From NCBI GenBank assembly GCA_903813345.2, contig CAIIXF020000001.1, forward strand, positions 7,750,001 to 7,814,000: a stretch of DNA of 64,000 bases, given 5' to 3'. Each line of letters opens with the position of its first letter. The first letter of the stretch is position 1. The translations under genes and the position numbers were made by a program. The DNA comes from Owenia fusiformis. Lineage: Eukaryota. The notes beneath the pieces were generated by a model. That model was not told the DNA's origin. It saw only the letters and a list, made by a program, of their open reading frames with translations, and did not search any database. Shown in pieces: positions 1 through 12,351 of this stretch.

Positions 1-1594
1 CGCCATCGGGTCATTACAATAACTTACACGTAAATGTGGTGTTTGGTTTGTTATATTGATGTTGAAATGGGCACAAGATTTCGTCAATATTTTTATCAGT
101 TCTCTGCATCGAATAAAGTCACGTGATGTGACGTAACATAAGTGAGACGCGATGATTTTTTAACTTTCATGGAACGAAAATACATTTCCCGGGAACCAAT
201 ACATCCCAAATATTACGATTTCTTCAGCAGATTTATTATCAAAATGTAGATTACTTTATAAAACAGACGTATCTGTGTCTGCCCTGTCAACCCTCACGCA
301 TTAGGCGTGATTGTCACACATTTGCCGGAAAAATAGAAATCACGCATCAGTTTAGCGTGACATTTAATATGATCAAATATCACGCAAATCACGCATTTTG
401 TTGATATCTTTAAAAACCGTTTTTTGTAAAATGCCAATACGGTAAAATACCGAACGGCGAAAAACAGCGAACGCATTCCGTGTATATATCACGCATTTGT
501 TTCGAAAATATTTACACCTATTTTATGCAGCCGAGACTTCTCGATATTCTACGAGATCACGAACAGATTGCAGAAGAATTTTTCTTTTTGCTGCGTTTAA
601 TTGTTTCGTTCTTATTTATTAGCCGTCATCCAGCGATGGAAACCTAATATAAAAACAAAGTTTGATACAAGGAACAAACACGTGAGGGTTTTTTATGATG
701 TTTATTCATTTATCAGCACGTATTGTACATTGAAAAACCAGTGTGTTTTTCCGGAGTAAATCCCCCCTTTTTTGCATTGGATCTCATCTGGCCCAGATCT
801 ACGAGTTCAGGAGTAGATAACTGGGCCAGACGGGTTTGGTTATCAGTATGGGTTGAGTGTCATATTTGGCACAATTAAGCCTGCCTTGTGCACTGTTCTT
901 TCATTCTGTTAGTATGAATAGTATATTTCCAATGGTCATCTTCATTCTTATCTCTTGTTTCATTGTTTTAAAGGTTGTTACAGTGTACATGTCCCGGGCA
1001 TGTACATGTAGTGTAGACATAAGGCCCACAGATAAGATTCTGGTGGGATTTATGTCCAGTAGGTGTGGCACATTCTGGCTTTTGGAGCATGTTAATGGCC
1101 ATAAAATGGTGACTATTAGATATAGACCAATGAAATTTAGTAGAAGGAAACAAAAATGAGCAAGGCTAATTGTGCCAAATATGATTTTAATCCCATGCTG
1201 AATAACTGAGTTATTAACATAGATTTGTTTGGGTTACACTCTTTTGTCTCACCCTGTATACTAACTCTTGTCTTGTCTATATCTAATCATGGGCTTTCTC
1301 CTGGAGGTCCAATGCTCTTATGTAGTTGTGTATTGGATGCAAATTAATGACACCACCACAATCACAATCATGATACCATCCATTTTTTATTATGTTGCAT
1401 TGTTTTTGGTCATATGTAACTACCTGTACTGTATTTAGCAGTGATTCTAATAGTGTGGACATAATCGACCCTGACTCAAATGTCTTATTCACAATTTCAT
1501 CTTCAACGTTGTCCCTGAGCTGAAAAGTAAGATATTTTTATGATATTCACAGATCCACCATGTGTCTACTTACCAGTATGCAATAGTTCCTTGG

Positions 1595-2705
1595 GGTTAC
1601 CTGTATTTTACAGGCGACCAGGCGACCCAGGTGGGCGCTTTTATCTTTTTCATAGGGGTGGTAGGATCAAAAACACATTCCAAAATTATTTTATTGCATG
1701 ATTATCTCTGAGATTCTGTCGTCGTGTAACTATATATGGTGGTTGGTACTTGGTGGTATACGCAATATTGTAGCAGCAAATTGGAATCTGTTCAAATAAA
1801 ACGAGAGCGATAGCGATGTATGGGTCTGGTCTACTGCGCGCTGATTGGTCAACATCAGAGACATCAGGGTCAAGTGAGGTCACCTGCTTGACCACTGAGA
1901 ACATTAAGTTTAGAGAAGATCGGGACAAACTGAGCATGGCATAAGTAAACTGAACAATATTGCAAAATATTGCACAGGATTTAAAAGGCCGAAACTGTTT
2001 GGAAAGTTCCTAAATTTAGTGTAATTAAAATCTTGACCGGAAGTCAGGAGGAGTGAGTAGCTCCCATAACTCTTTCATATTCTATCGTATTCGGGGATTC
2101 CCCATTACATCATCTCTTGCATCATCTCCAATCAAATTGCAGGATTCAATCATATGAACAATCATGAGCACGTGCTCTCTCAGTGCTGCGCATGTGCAGA
2201 GTTAAATTTGGAATCGTGGGAATGGCGTTAACATCAGTTCAACATCATCATTTCAAACCTACGGTAATACTATTGAAGTTACTCGATCCATACTTGTAGA
2301 GAATACTCATAAAACTACAGTGAACATTTGGAGATCCATTTCAACAGCAAATTGAGGCCTGTTTATAAAATTTGTTTTCGAACGTGCTAATATGATAGGT
2401 CATCTTTGGGAAATCTCCCCCCCCCCCTGACGGAAGTTAAAAATCCAGTGTCCTTGACCTGACCGGAAGACGACAACAACAAGATAATGCAGCAAACTCT
2501 TTGTCAAGATCTGCTTGGAGAAAAAAGTTGCCTAGCCCTGATACCCAGGCCTGATACGTAATGTTAGCTTTTTTTGTTATGACAACATAATCTCAAAGAT
2601 AGTCCATGAATTAATTTCGGAATGTGTTTTTGATCCTACCACCCCTATGAAAAAAATAAAAGTGCCCGCCTGTGTCTCCTGGTCGCTTGTAAAATACAGG
2701 TAACT
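1595..2705. mobile_element. Non-autonomous MULE/Mutator-like MITE
   Basis: ~95-bp imperfect TIRs (ggttacctgtattttacaggcgacc...cacattcc / ggaatgtg...tgtaaaatacaggtaact). Perfect 9-bp TSD gttccttgg at 1586-1594 and 2706-2714. Confidence 0.8.
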
Positions 2706-2840
2706 GTTCCTTGGACACCCAACATTGTGAGACTCCTTCCAACTTTTTCTAAGTTACCATTTTACCACAATTTCAGTCTAGTACAATATAGGATAGATGG
2801 TGCTGACTGTAATAACTCTGTTTGCACTTCTTGTTACCAG

Positions 2841-2992
2841 GTGGGCATACAACAGAGATGTTGAGGTTACTAAGTGGCATGGGAGACAAGTACTACCCAA
2901 GATACTACATCATAGCAGACTCCGATAGAATAAGTCAAGAAAAAGCTATTGCTTTTGAAGAAAAACAACAGATTAACAAAGAATCTCAAAAT
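2841..2992 (+). CDS. ALG14: Internal exon of UDP-GlcNAc transferase subunit ALG14
   Basis: Translates GGHTTEMLRLLSGMGDKYYPRYYIIADSDRISQEKA, matching the ALG14 (S)GGHTTE...PRxYxxAxxD motif. Acceptor ttaccag|, donor |gtagg. No other exon seen in this contig. Confidence 0.85.
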
Positions 2993-3097
2993 GTAGGTTG
3001 CTGCGTCATTGAACAGCAATAGTCTTGCTTCAAGACCCCCCTCTTTCTCTCTTATCCACTTTACTACAACTGTTTTAATAGATAAGGGATTAGAGAG

Positions 3098-3597
3098 NNN
3101 NNNNNNNNNNNNNNNNNNNNNNNNNNNNNNNNNNNNNNNNNNNNNNNNNNNNNNNNNNNNNNNNNNNNNNNNNNNNNNNNNNNNNNNNNNNNNNNNNNNN
3201 NNNNNNNNNNNNNNNNNNNNNNNNNNNNNNNNNNNNNNNNNNNNNNNNNNNNNNNNNNNNNNNNNNNNNNNNNNNNNNNNNNNNNNNNNNNNNNNNNNNN
3301 NNNNNNNNNNNNNNNNNNNNNNNNNNNNNNNNNNNNNNNNNNNNNNNNNNNNNNNNNNNNNNNNNNNNNNNNNNNNNNNNNNNNNNNNNNNNNNNNNNNN
3401 NNNNNNNNNNNNNNNNNNNNNNNNNNNNNNNNNNNNNNNNNNNNNNNNNNNNNNNNNNNNNNNNNNNNNNNNNNNNNNNNNNNNNNNNNNNNNNNNNNNN
3501 NNNNNNNNNNNNNNNNNNNNNNNNNNNNNNNNNNNNNNNNNNNNNNNNNNNNNNNNNNNNNNNNNNNNNNNNNNNNNNNNNNNNNNNNNNNNNNNNN
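3098..3597. other. Assembly gap (500 N)
   Basis: Run of exactly 500 N. Confidence 0.99.
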
Positions 3598-3959
3598 TTT
3601 CGGCCTAACCTTCAAAATTATAACATGGGAATAAAGACCTCTCACCAAATTCTAAAATTAAGAGTTAGTTATTAATAAACAAGAGAAAACAATGAACAAA
3701 ATAAATATACAGAACACATATAAAAATGCCCCGTCATAACTGTCCAAAACAATATCTAGATGGTATGATTTCGTTCATGTCATGTGCCTTGTTGTTTTAG
3801 TAACTCTGAAGTTTCCCTTAATGAATTCACTGATTGGTGTGTTGCGTTAAATTGGTTCATGTCATGGATATGAACTGGTAGCCATCTTGACTAGTTGGTG
3901 TGATTGAGTATAAAAAGGGATGGCAACAACTCAGAAAGGGTATCTTTGTATAGGCTGAT

Positions 3960-4095
3960 GCTGCTCCCATCTCCGTGTGCATTCTACCAAGCATCCTTAT
4001 CAGCTTCATTTTTTCTCCATCTCCTCTGGCCATGTCCACTATTACTGCTTGGACAGTGCAAAGAGGGGCTGTGCAGGTGTTTGGTCTGGGTTGAT
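3960..4095 (-). pseudogene. Degenerate fragment of an Academ-like transposase region
   Basis: Minus strand reads NPDQTPAQPLFALSKQ**WTWPEE, then a frameshift, then KLIRMLGRMHTEMGA. This resembles the DQPLxxxAKQIQW...MxGGLHIEM motif of large invertebrate Academ-type proteins. Contains stops and a frameshift. Confidence 0.55.
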
Positions 4096-4389
4096 ATACA
4101 TACACATCAACATGAGAGGCCTGCTCCTTCAGGGTACAATGAATATTAGACTATAAACTGACTTGGAGAAAATTGTAATACAGTTCTGTTATAGTTCAGA
4201 GTGCAGAGACACTCAGGAAATCAAGATGGGTGACATGCCTCAATATACATGTATATACCCACAAACCTTATCCCCACTTACATACCCCCTCCCCCTCATA
4301 TAACTCTCATTTCTACTTTCTACAACTTACATGTTGTTGAATCTAGAAACACTAACATTTTCATTCCAGATAACAGTTTCTTAAGAATC

Positions 4390-6174
4390 AGCAAATTGGG
4401 TCAACATGAATAAAATAATAATTATTAATTTATGTTTCAGAGCAGTTCAATGCATATACCTATAGGTGGGGCTGCACAACACTCATCTTTATTGGTTATA
4501 ATGAAATATTTTGACAAATATATGTTGAATGTTATCACTAAGCATTGATAAAATATAAGCTTGTCAAATTTTATTGAAAAGAATTTGTGAATAGGGGAAT
4601 TGTTTATTATGTTGACGTTAATTTTGGTATAATTTTATCAAAAGGTGGCGCTATAAAAGCAATTTCTTATGTTTATACTTAATAAAAAACTATTTGGTGG
4701 GAATGTTATTAAATGATATCTGAAGATACTAATTTATCACATTTTATTGAAATAAAGGCAGTAAAAAATGATCAAAAAAGTATTCATACTTGACGATTAT
4801 TTTGGCAGCCATCTTGAATTTTCTCCATGAAGGCGTGTGAATTGCGCTTGGCAATGCCGATCAAAATCTTTAAAATGTCAATATTAGTCTGTGTGCCGAA
4901 AATCTGACATTTTCATTACAGATAACACTTATTTAAGATTAAATCCCACTTGGGTAGCAACACAATAGAATTTGCTGTGGTTTATTTTTAAGAATGTATG
5001 GTTTTATCAAAAGGAAAGTGCATTATTTTTCTATTGTTTTTAAAGAATGTACACTTGGCAAGCTATCAAAAACAAGTGAGACATAAATGACCATTGACAG
5101 TTTTTGATAGTTTTCATTCCCTAAAAACAATATACAAAAATACATGTACCCTTCTCTTGTTACTGTGCATTCTTTAGAATAAAACAATTTATCAATTTTT
5201 GTTGCTATCTACATCATTGATCTTATCTTACTTACAAATATTCTGCTGTATTCAAATGCAATGTTCTGGACTGGACAGTCACCTGTAGTGCACTGAAGCT
5301 AGACTAATTATAGCCCACTCAGTCACTTACATCAACTCACACTCATGAGGTCAATGCAACCAACTCTTTTTGTTGTTACAATTAATTGGCTATATAACTA
5401 CATGAACAGTCAACTCAAAAGAACTCACTCACTTACATGTATCAAACCACTTACCCCTACATGAACAGTCAACACAAAAGAAATAAAATTTTCCAGATTA
5501 GATCATTGACCATTTACCTGCAATATACCATTTACCTGTAATAAGAATGTGTGTGATTTAAGTAAGATAAAGCATTCGAATTCGATTTGATAAGAAATAA
5601 TAACCTCAGGCCTTCGGTGTATTATTTCTTATAAAATCTCATTCTTATGCTTTATCCAGTACATAAGCAAATTGGGTCAGCATGAATAAAATAATAATCA
5701 TTAATTTATGTTACAGTGCAGTTCAATGCATATACCTATAGGTTGGGCTGTACAACACTCTTCTTTTTTGGTTATAATGAAATATTTTATATTATTTATG
5801 TTGAATATTATCAGTAAGCATCGATAAAATATAAACTTGTCAAATTTTATTGAAAAGAAGTAGTGAATAAGGAAATGTTTGTTATTTTGACTTCAATTTT
5901 GGTATAATTTTATCAAAAGGTGGCGCTATTAAAGCAATTTCTTATGTTTATACTTCATAAAAAATGTACTTGGTATTACTAAATAATATCTGAAGACACT
6001 AATTTATCACATTTTATTGAAATAAAGGCAGTAAAAAAAATAACAAAAATATACATATTAGACGATAATTTTGGCGGCCATCTTGAATTTTCACCATGAA
6101 GGAGTGCAATTCGCGCTCGGCAATGCGGATCAAAATTTTTAGAATGTCCATATTAGTCTGTGTGCTGAAAATCT
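4390..6174 (+). repeat. Direct repeat pair of ~510 bp (4390-4906 and 5666-6174)
   Basis: Both copies run agcaaattgggtca.catgaataaaataat...tattagtctgtgtgc.gaaaatct. Probably the subterminal region of a DNA transposon. Confidence 0.85.
5566..5656. repeat. ~90-bp imperfect palindrome (hairpin element)
   Basis: gataaagcat...ataagaaataataac pairs with gttattatttcttat...atgctttatc around a ctcaggccttcggt loop. Confidence 0.7.
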
Positions 6175-6250
6175 AAGAATATATATGATCGTGAACTATC
6201 ACCATGTTAGAAACCCATTAGTGATTTGACTATAAAAAAAGTATTCAAAA

Positions 6251-6484
6251 AATTAAAACAAAATCCCCCAAAATAGATAAAAATCAAGATAAACCTTTTA
6301 TTTCATTAACAAGATACTTTTTTAAAATCAACCAAAATTTCCCTTATACAATTACAATATTGAGAGACCTAAACATGTTGTGTTTAAATGTCGTTTTGTC
6401 CAATGAGGTTCGGAAAGATGTTTCATTTCACTCTGGAAACATGATACCAAGAACAAAACAAGAGTTTGATGTGTTTTCTAAAAC
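6251..6484. repeat. Dispersed repeat with an inverted copy at ~28074-28303
   Basis: aaaatagataaaaatcaagataaaccttttatttcattaacaagatac...gatgtgttttctaaaa is the diverged reverse complement of 28074-28303. Confidence 0.75.
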
Positions 6485-7493
6485 AAAATAGATGAAAGTA
6501 CATATATATGTTTCAAATTATATTGTTACCATTCAAAGGATGACCATTAAATTGACGATGTGTAAAATTTTTAGAATTTTTTCATGACTGGTTTAAGAGA
6601 AACGTGTGTTCAAAAAGTTCTCCATATCGATACCACTCCTTTCTCCCACCAATTTAAAGTGTTTTACAGTATTGCATGGAAACGGCGCATGGACTTTGCA
6701 TGCATGCGGTTTTGCTAAGGGTATACTTCAATTTTTTTTCAGAAGTTCAAAGCTATTTTAAGGTTTAAGATTTGACCTTCAATGACCTGTAGAAGGTCAA
6801 AAATTTATAAAAAGGTGAAAAACGTCTTTTTTTCAACTTGCTTTTAATTGATTAATTTTTTTTTCATAATCATCTATGAGTTCTCAGAAGTTCAAATCTG
6901 ACTATAGATTTGAGACTTGACCTTCAATGACCTTCTCATGGTCAAATTGACCAAATTGTTTTATAAATCACATACAACTTCTCAGACATTCATAATATGG
7001 GGGGAATTTTTTTGTATAACCCTACTCCTATGAATTAAACATAATTAGTAGACTGTTCTTAAATTTTAGATTTTTATGCATTGCTACATATCAAATTAGT
7101 TTGTATAAATGACTGTAGCCTAAAGAATTGAAGGATTTTCACAAATAAATGGTTTATCGAGTACAGACATTTACCATACATTCACAATTACAGACTATTA
7201 CAGCGACATCAGGACAACTAAAAGCAAATTCAATTATTCATTAAATTTTGGTTGAGGTTAAAAACATTAATACAGTCCATCGATGTATTCTATGCATTAT
7301 TGAGTATGAATATGAAATATGTGGTTTTCCGTGACTCTTCAGTAAGGAGGAATGAAATACCAAGCAGGAAGGTGATGTGAAATTTGAGTAAAATTTGCAA
7401 AATTTAATCTAACAAAAATCTACCATTATTTGTAGAATTTTGATTAGATGTAAAATATTAATTCATCCCATAAATATATCTTATGCATTCTTT

Positions 7494-8883
7494 CACGGTG
7501 TCCAACCCAAACGCTCTTACATGCACAACGGAATGTTTCATCATGGGCTTTCAATTAGAAGGGTATGCAACTCTGTGTAATAAGCATGAGACCTTCAAAA
7601 TGAGCAATGCCATGCTTGCATTTTATGGAAATATTTCATAAAGTATTAGATATTAATGTATATGTTTTAGTATTATTTTGAATAGAAATCAATTTTCAAT
7701 ATGATTAAAGCATAAGATATATTCAATCTCATGTAAAAGTAAACAAAAAAGACCAGAAAGAATAAGAGGTATCAAGATGTTCTCTTCGAGTATTGCATTG
7801 TGGGTAATTATTCAAGAACACATTCCAATAAAAACATAATTTGTGGGAGAATGTTCACTTTGTGTATTGTCATAATTATGATGAATTTCATTTTTTATTA
7901 GATTATCAACATGTATGGAGATAATCATGTTTTTATTTATGAGTTATTTCTTCAAATCATCCATAAAATGTAAAAATAAGATTTTCTTGGAATGTGCTAA
8001 GATTCTCCAATTTTGAAAACCCAAAGGCAATGTTTATGTATGAAATATTGGGAGTTGCCTACCCGTCTAGTTGAAAGCCCATGGTTTCATCCACGCGGAA
8101 ACGGGGCTAATGAAGATCCCACTTTGACTGTAAGTATTGTTTCATTAGTTTCTCTTACATATCACATGTTATGGTGACATATTATGTACCATTCGATGAA
8201 CAATACCCTGATCAAAGCTCCATAGTGTAGATCAAACAAATCTGAAGTTGACGAATTGACCACAAATTACGAATTAAATTAGTATTTATATGAAATTTGC
8301 TCTAAAACATAAAACTATTGACAAATAAACAAAAAGTTTATATGTGAATTAATCTTTCTCTTTTGATGCCAAGGGATACAATAGATCTCCTTGAAAAGGA
8401 AAGTTGAGCCTATTCCGCAGTGTTTCCAGTTCACTGTGTTCACCAGATCGCAGCATTTCTTGAATATGACTTTTAAGACTTGATTTTTTGTTATCAAATC
8501 ACGATTACGATAATGTATGGTGTGATCAAGGTTTGTAATTTGACCAAAATATACTCTGATGCTCAACTCGACTAGTCGCATGTCTCGACAAACAGGGTTT
8601 TGACCGGAAGAATGACAAATACGTTTATGAATTTTGATAACTATACTGCTTAAGACAGCTCTTCCTAATTGCTTCAAACGTCGACAGCCATCCAAGTACA
8701 ATATATCACACCTATCAAATGGTATACTTGAAATAAGTAACACATACTTCTTATTCCCATCATTGGGGAAATTGTCAGATGACTCATCATTTCCATTCGC
8801 CATACTCCAGAGCGTTTCTTTGTTTAGTTTCAGTAATGAAACGCTCAATCTTGCATGTAAGAGCGTTTGGGTTGGACACCGTG
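7494..8883. mobile_element. Non-autonomous element with CACGGTG termini (Transib/Chapaev-like)
   Basis: Perfect 32-bp TIR cacggtgtccaacccaaacgctcttacatgca. The flanks tcttt / tcctt fit a 5-bp TSD with one mismatch. Confidence 0.7.
7542..8083. mobile_element. P-element-like MITE nested in the CACGGTG element
   Basis: ~31-bp TIR catgggctttcaa.taga.gggta.gcaactc with CAT...ATG ends. 7-bp TSD gtttcat at 7535-7541 and 8084-8090. A solo TIR copy lies at ~39012. Confidence 0.75.
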
Positions 8884-9224
8884 TCCTTTAATTGTGAAAA
8901 TCAAATATGTGGGATGTCATGACTCCTCAGTAAAGAGGAAGGAAACGACTGGAGGGAAGATAATTTAAAATTTGGGTAGGAATTTGCTAATGAGAAATTA
9001 AATCTTCCAAAATTCTACAATTATTTTGAATTATTAAATTATCACAATTTCTAAATAATATTTAATGAACAGTTAATTTTGTAATGTGTGGGGCTAAGGC
9101 CGTGGATGTTTTTTTAAGAATAAACAAAAATGAATATAAAATATGGTAAAAAATCTATTCTAACATTTTGCAAACATGACATATCTGCAACAACTACATG
9201 TACTAGGGCAACAGCCCAACTCAT

Positions 9225-11503
9225 ATGTGGGTGTTTTCCATGTACAGAACAAGTGAAACAATTGATATAAATACACCCAGAAAGTGCTTATTTTGCAAAA
9301 AAAGAAAGACCAATCAAGATTTCCACCTACTCACATGCCTTGGAATAGCACATTAAAGGAACAGCTTACCAGGCTGGTGTAGTTTGGGGACAAATGCTAA
9401 ATGCTTCACCAACTGGCCTTTACAACTACATCAACTGGGGATGGGACAATAATGAAACTGTTACCCCACTGTGGACAACCCAGACACAGTCCTCCAAAGC
9501 CTGCCAAGCTCTTGTACAATGTTCATATAAAAAGCTATGTTCTGTATGCACTTGTAAAAACCCAGGACTTACATTTTGTGACAGTATTTATGAAATTGAA
9601 ATTATAACAGAGTAAAAAAGATCCATGTGGAACTCCTTCAAAGGCTATTTTGTATTTGGAAGACAATAATTTAATTTGAACCTGAAATATAAGATAAAAT
9701 GATGTTTGAAATATTATCTTTATTCAAGAAAACAGGTTCATTTACTTAAAGGAATATTCCTTGCCAGACCCTTTCTCTCTTGATATGGTAGCTATAATCA
9801 TATATATAGTTTCCATATTTAGCAAAACATGGGAAAATGTTTTAATATGGTCAATATTGATAATTTAAAAATCTCGTGCTTATTTCCAGTGAGCTGCCAT
9901 CTTTTAAGATTTCTTGCAGGAAGTGATGTCATCAACTCTCAACTTCTATAACCCTGCCCATAACAGTATAAGAAAGTAGCACAAAATCACTTCTAGACAA
10001 ATGATCATTACTTTCTGTGCAAAAATATTTTCAGGGCTTGTCAACTTAAAAATAAAAGAAGAGATTTTCAGAAGGATTAAATAAGATACAAAGTTGAAAA
10101 AGAATATTTAGCTGGTTTTGTAATTCTTAATAGTCACTCACCTAATGCTATATGCAAAGTTGAGAGTCGATGACATCACTTCCTGTGTGAAATTTTAAAA
10201 GATGGCAGCTTACTGGAATTGAGCATCACATTTCTAAGTGATCAAATTTGACCATATCAAAACATTTTTGCGTGTTTTGCTAAACATGGCAAGCATATAT
10301 ATGGTTATGGCTACCATATGAGGAGAGAGATGGTTTGGCAAGGAATATTCCTTTAAGTTGTTGCAAAATAAGAGCCCTCTCAAAATACTAGATGTAAACA
10401 ACATGCTTTACTGCTGAAACAGTATTATTTTTAACCACATTTATCTCTATATATGAATCTACAGTGTTATTTGTACCAAATTATGCGTATATGGTGGCCA
10501 TTTTGAATTTTTTTGGAAATACTGTTCGGTTTTATCGATCACAGGGATGGAATTTTTCCTAATAGCATAATAACAGATGTAAAAGTCAGGACTTACATGT
10601 ACAGACTTGTGCAATTGCACATGCAATTCTGTATAAGTCATTAACATTTTATGACAGTATATATGAGATTGTGATTATAACAGAGTAAAAAGGAACCATG
10701 TGGAACTCCTTTAAAGGCTATTTTATACTTGTAAGACAATGATTTAACTTGAACTTGAAATATTAGATTGAAAAGATGTGTGAAATATTATCTTATTCAA
10801 GAAAACAGGTTCATTCACTTTAATTGTTGCAAAATAAGAGCCCTCCCAATATAGAACCTTGTAGAATCCCTATATAAAGTCATTTTGTCCAAATTCAAAT
10901 CATTAATGAATGTGACTGTATTTGTAGATGTAAACAACATGCTTTACTACTGAAATAGTATTATTTTTAAACCACATTTATCTCTATATATGAATCTATA
11001 GTGTTATTTGTACCAAATTATGCATATATGGCGGCCATTTTGGATTTATTTTGAAATGGTGTTCGGTTTTATCGATCACAGGGATGGAATTTTTCCTAAT
11101 AGCATAATAAGAGATGTTAAAAGTCAGGACTTACAAATACAGACTTCAGTTGTTGCAAAATAAGAGCCCTCCCAAAATAGAACCTTGTAGAATTCCTATA
11201 TAAAATCATTTTGTCCAAATTCAAATCATTAATGAATGCGACTGTATTTCTAGATGTAAACAACATGCTTTACTCCTGTTCCAATATTATTTTTAAACCA
11301 TATTTATCTCTATATATGAATCTAGAGTGTTGTTTGTACCAAATTATGCCTATATGGCGGCCATCTTGAATTTTTCTTGAAATAGTGATCGGTTTTATTG
11401 ATCACAGGGATGGAATCTTTCCTAATAACATAAATAACAGATTAAGCCATTAAATTTGCTTGTATCACCAATTGAAATATTTTCCAGCAAATTCCCCCCA
11501 CTA
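9225..11503 (+). mobile_element. 3' portion of a degenerate Academ-like transposon with tandemly duplicated subterminal region
   Basis: 9225-9590 encodes (frameshifted) INTPRKCLFCKK..PPT..ALE*HIKGTAYQAGVVWGQ..WGW..PLWTT..SKACQALVQCSYKKLCSVCTC, a Cys-rich C-terminus. Three related repeat blocks follow, and the region ends ...aattccccccacta (TAG-type terminus). Confidence 0.55.
9750..10352. mobile_element. Kolobok-type palindromic MITE
   Basis: Long TIRs (aggaatattccttgcca...), AG...CT ends and TTAA on both sides (9746-9749, 10353-10356). The paralogous empty site with a single TTAA is at ~10804-10843. Confidence 0.85.
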
Positions 11504-11596
11504 TAACAAAAATGAAGAAATAATGTATTGACTCTTGGCCGACTGTTTATTCCACTCTTTTTACTCAATTGTTAAGCCATATTCTTGTCATTTCAG

Positions 11597-11743
11597 GCTA
11601 ACTGGACTCCACTGATGATTGCATCTTCTGCAGGAGGCTTGAACATTGTGAAGATGCTTGTACAAAGAGGAGCACAGGTGAATGCTGTTAACAGTACAGG
11701 TCAGACTTCGCTCCACTATGCTGCATCAAAAGATAGATATGAG
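11597..11743 (+). CDS. PSMD10: 26S proteasome non-ATPase regulatory subunit 10 (gankyrin), internal exon
   Basis: tttcag|...gag|gtagg, 147 nt. Translates ANWTPLMIASSAGGLNIVKMLVQRGAQVNAVNSTGQTSLHYAASKDRYE, gankyrin-like ankyrin repeats. Absent from the ORF track. Confidence 0.85.
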
Positions 11744-12351
11744 GTAGGTGAGGCCTATTAAAGTGCTGATACAAAATAAATGGTGCGTTTTCAAATTAAA
11801 CAGAGTGCTCCTACCAAAATGAATTTGCCTACATACCCCAGAGACTCTTATCCGATAGATAGAATGCACAAATAAAACAAAAGTTTTGCTATTATGGGTA
11901 AAAAGTTCTCTTAAAATTTTGAAGTGATTTTACCTGTTAATTCTGTCCTTGGTCCGCCATTTTTGCGGAAGTTACACTGAAACGCAAACTCTGTGAAACA
12001 AAACGAAATCACTAGAAAAAACCATGGCACACATCATGCGCATGCGCACGAAAGTTTAAACCAATCAGATTATTTGATTATTTTTCGCACATGAATTATT
12101 TGCTTCTAAGCACTAACCATGAAAGCTAACCACAATAAACAAACCTGGTGGAGATTACCCTTACTTCAATTTAGCGAAATTTCAGCTCAAACTCGTGACA
12201 AATGCATTATGCATACGCTGGTATGAAGCCTTGGAGACACTCATTTTGGTAAATATGATTTACGGTGTATACTTTTCTGCAGTTTGTGGGAGTTTGGGAC
12301 ATTAAAAGTTAAATTCAAGAAAATATGCCAACTATAAGACTTATCAATTAA

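Noticed and set aside
1-850. CpG-richer stretch with CACGCA repeats and a short hairpin (786-830), a possible promoter or transposon end
   Set aside because: No paired termini, TSD or first exon could be identified.
3009-3648. ORFs spanning N runs (also 39544-40152 and 49961-50743)
   Set aside because: Artefacts of translating through assembly gaps.
11758-12305. Possible TTAA-flanked MITE just after the PSMD10 exon
   Set aside because: The terminal inverted similarity is too weak to define ends.
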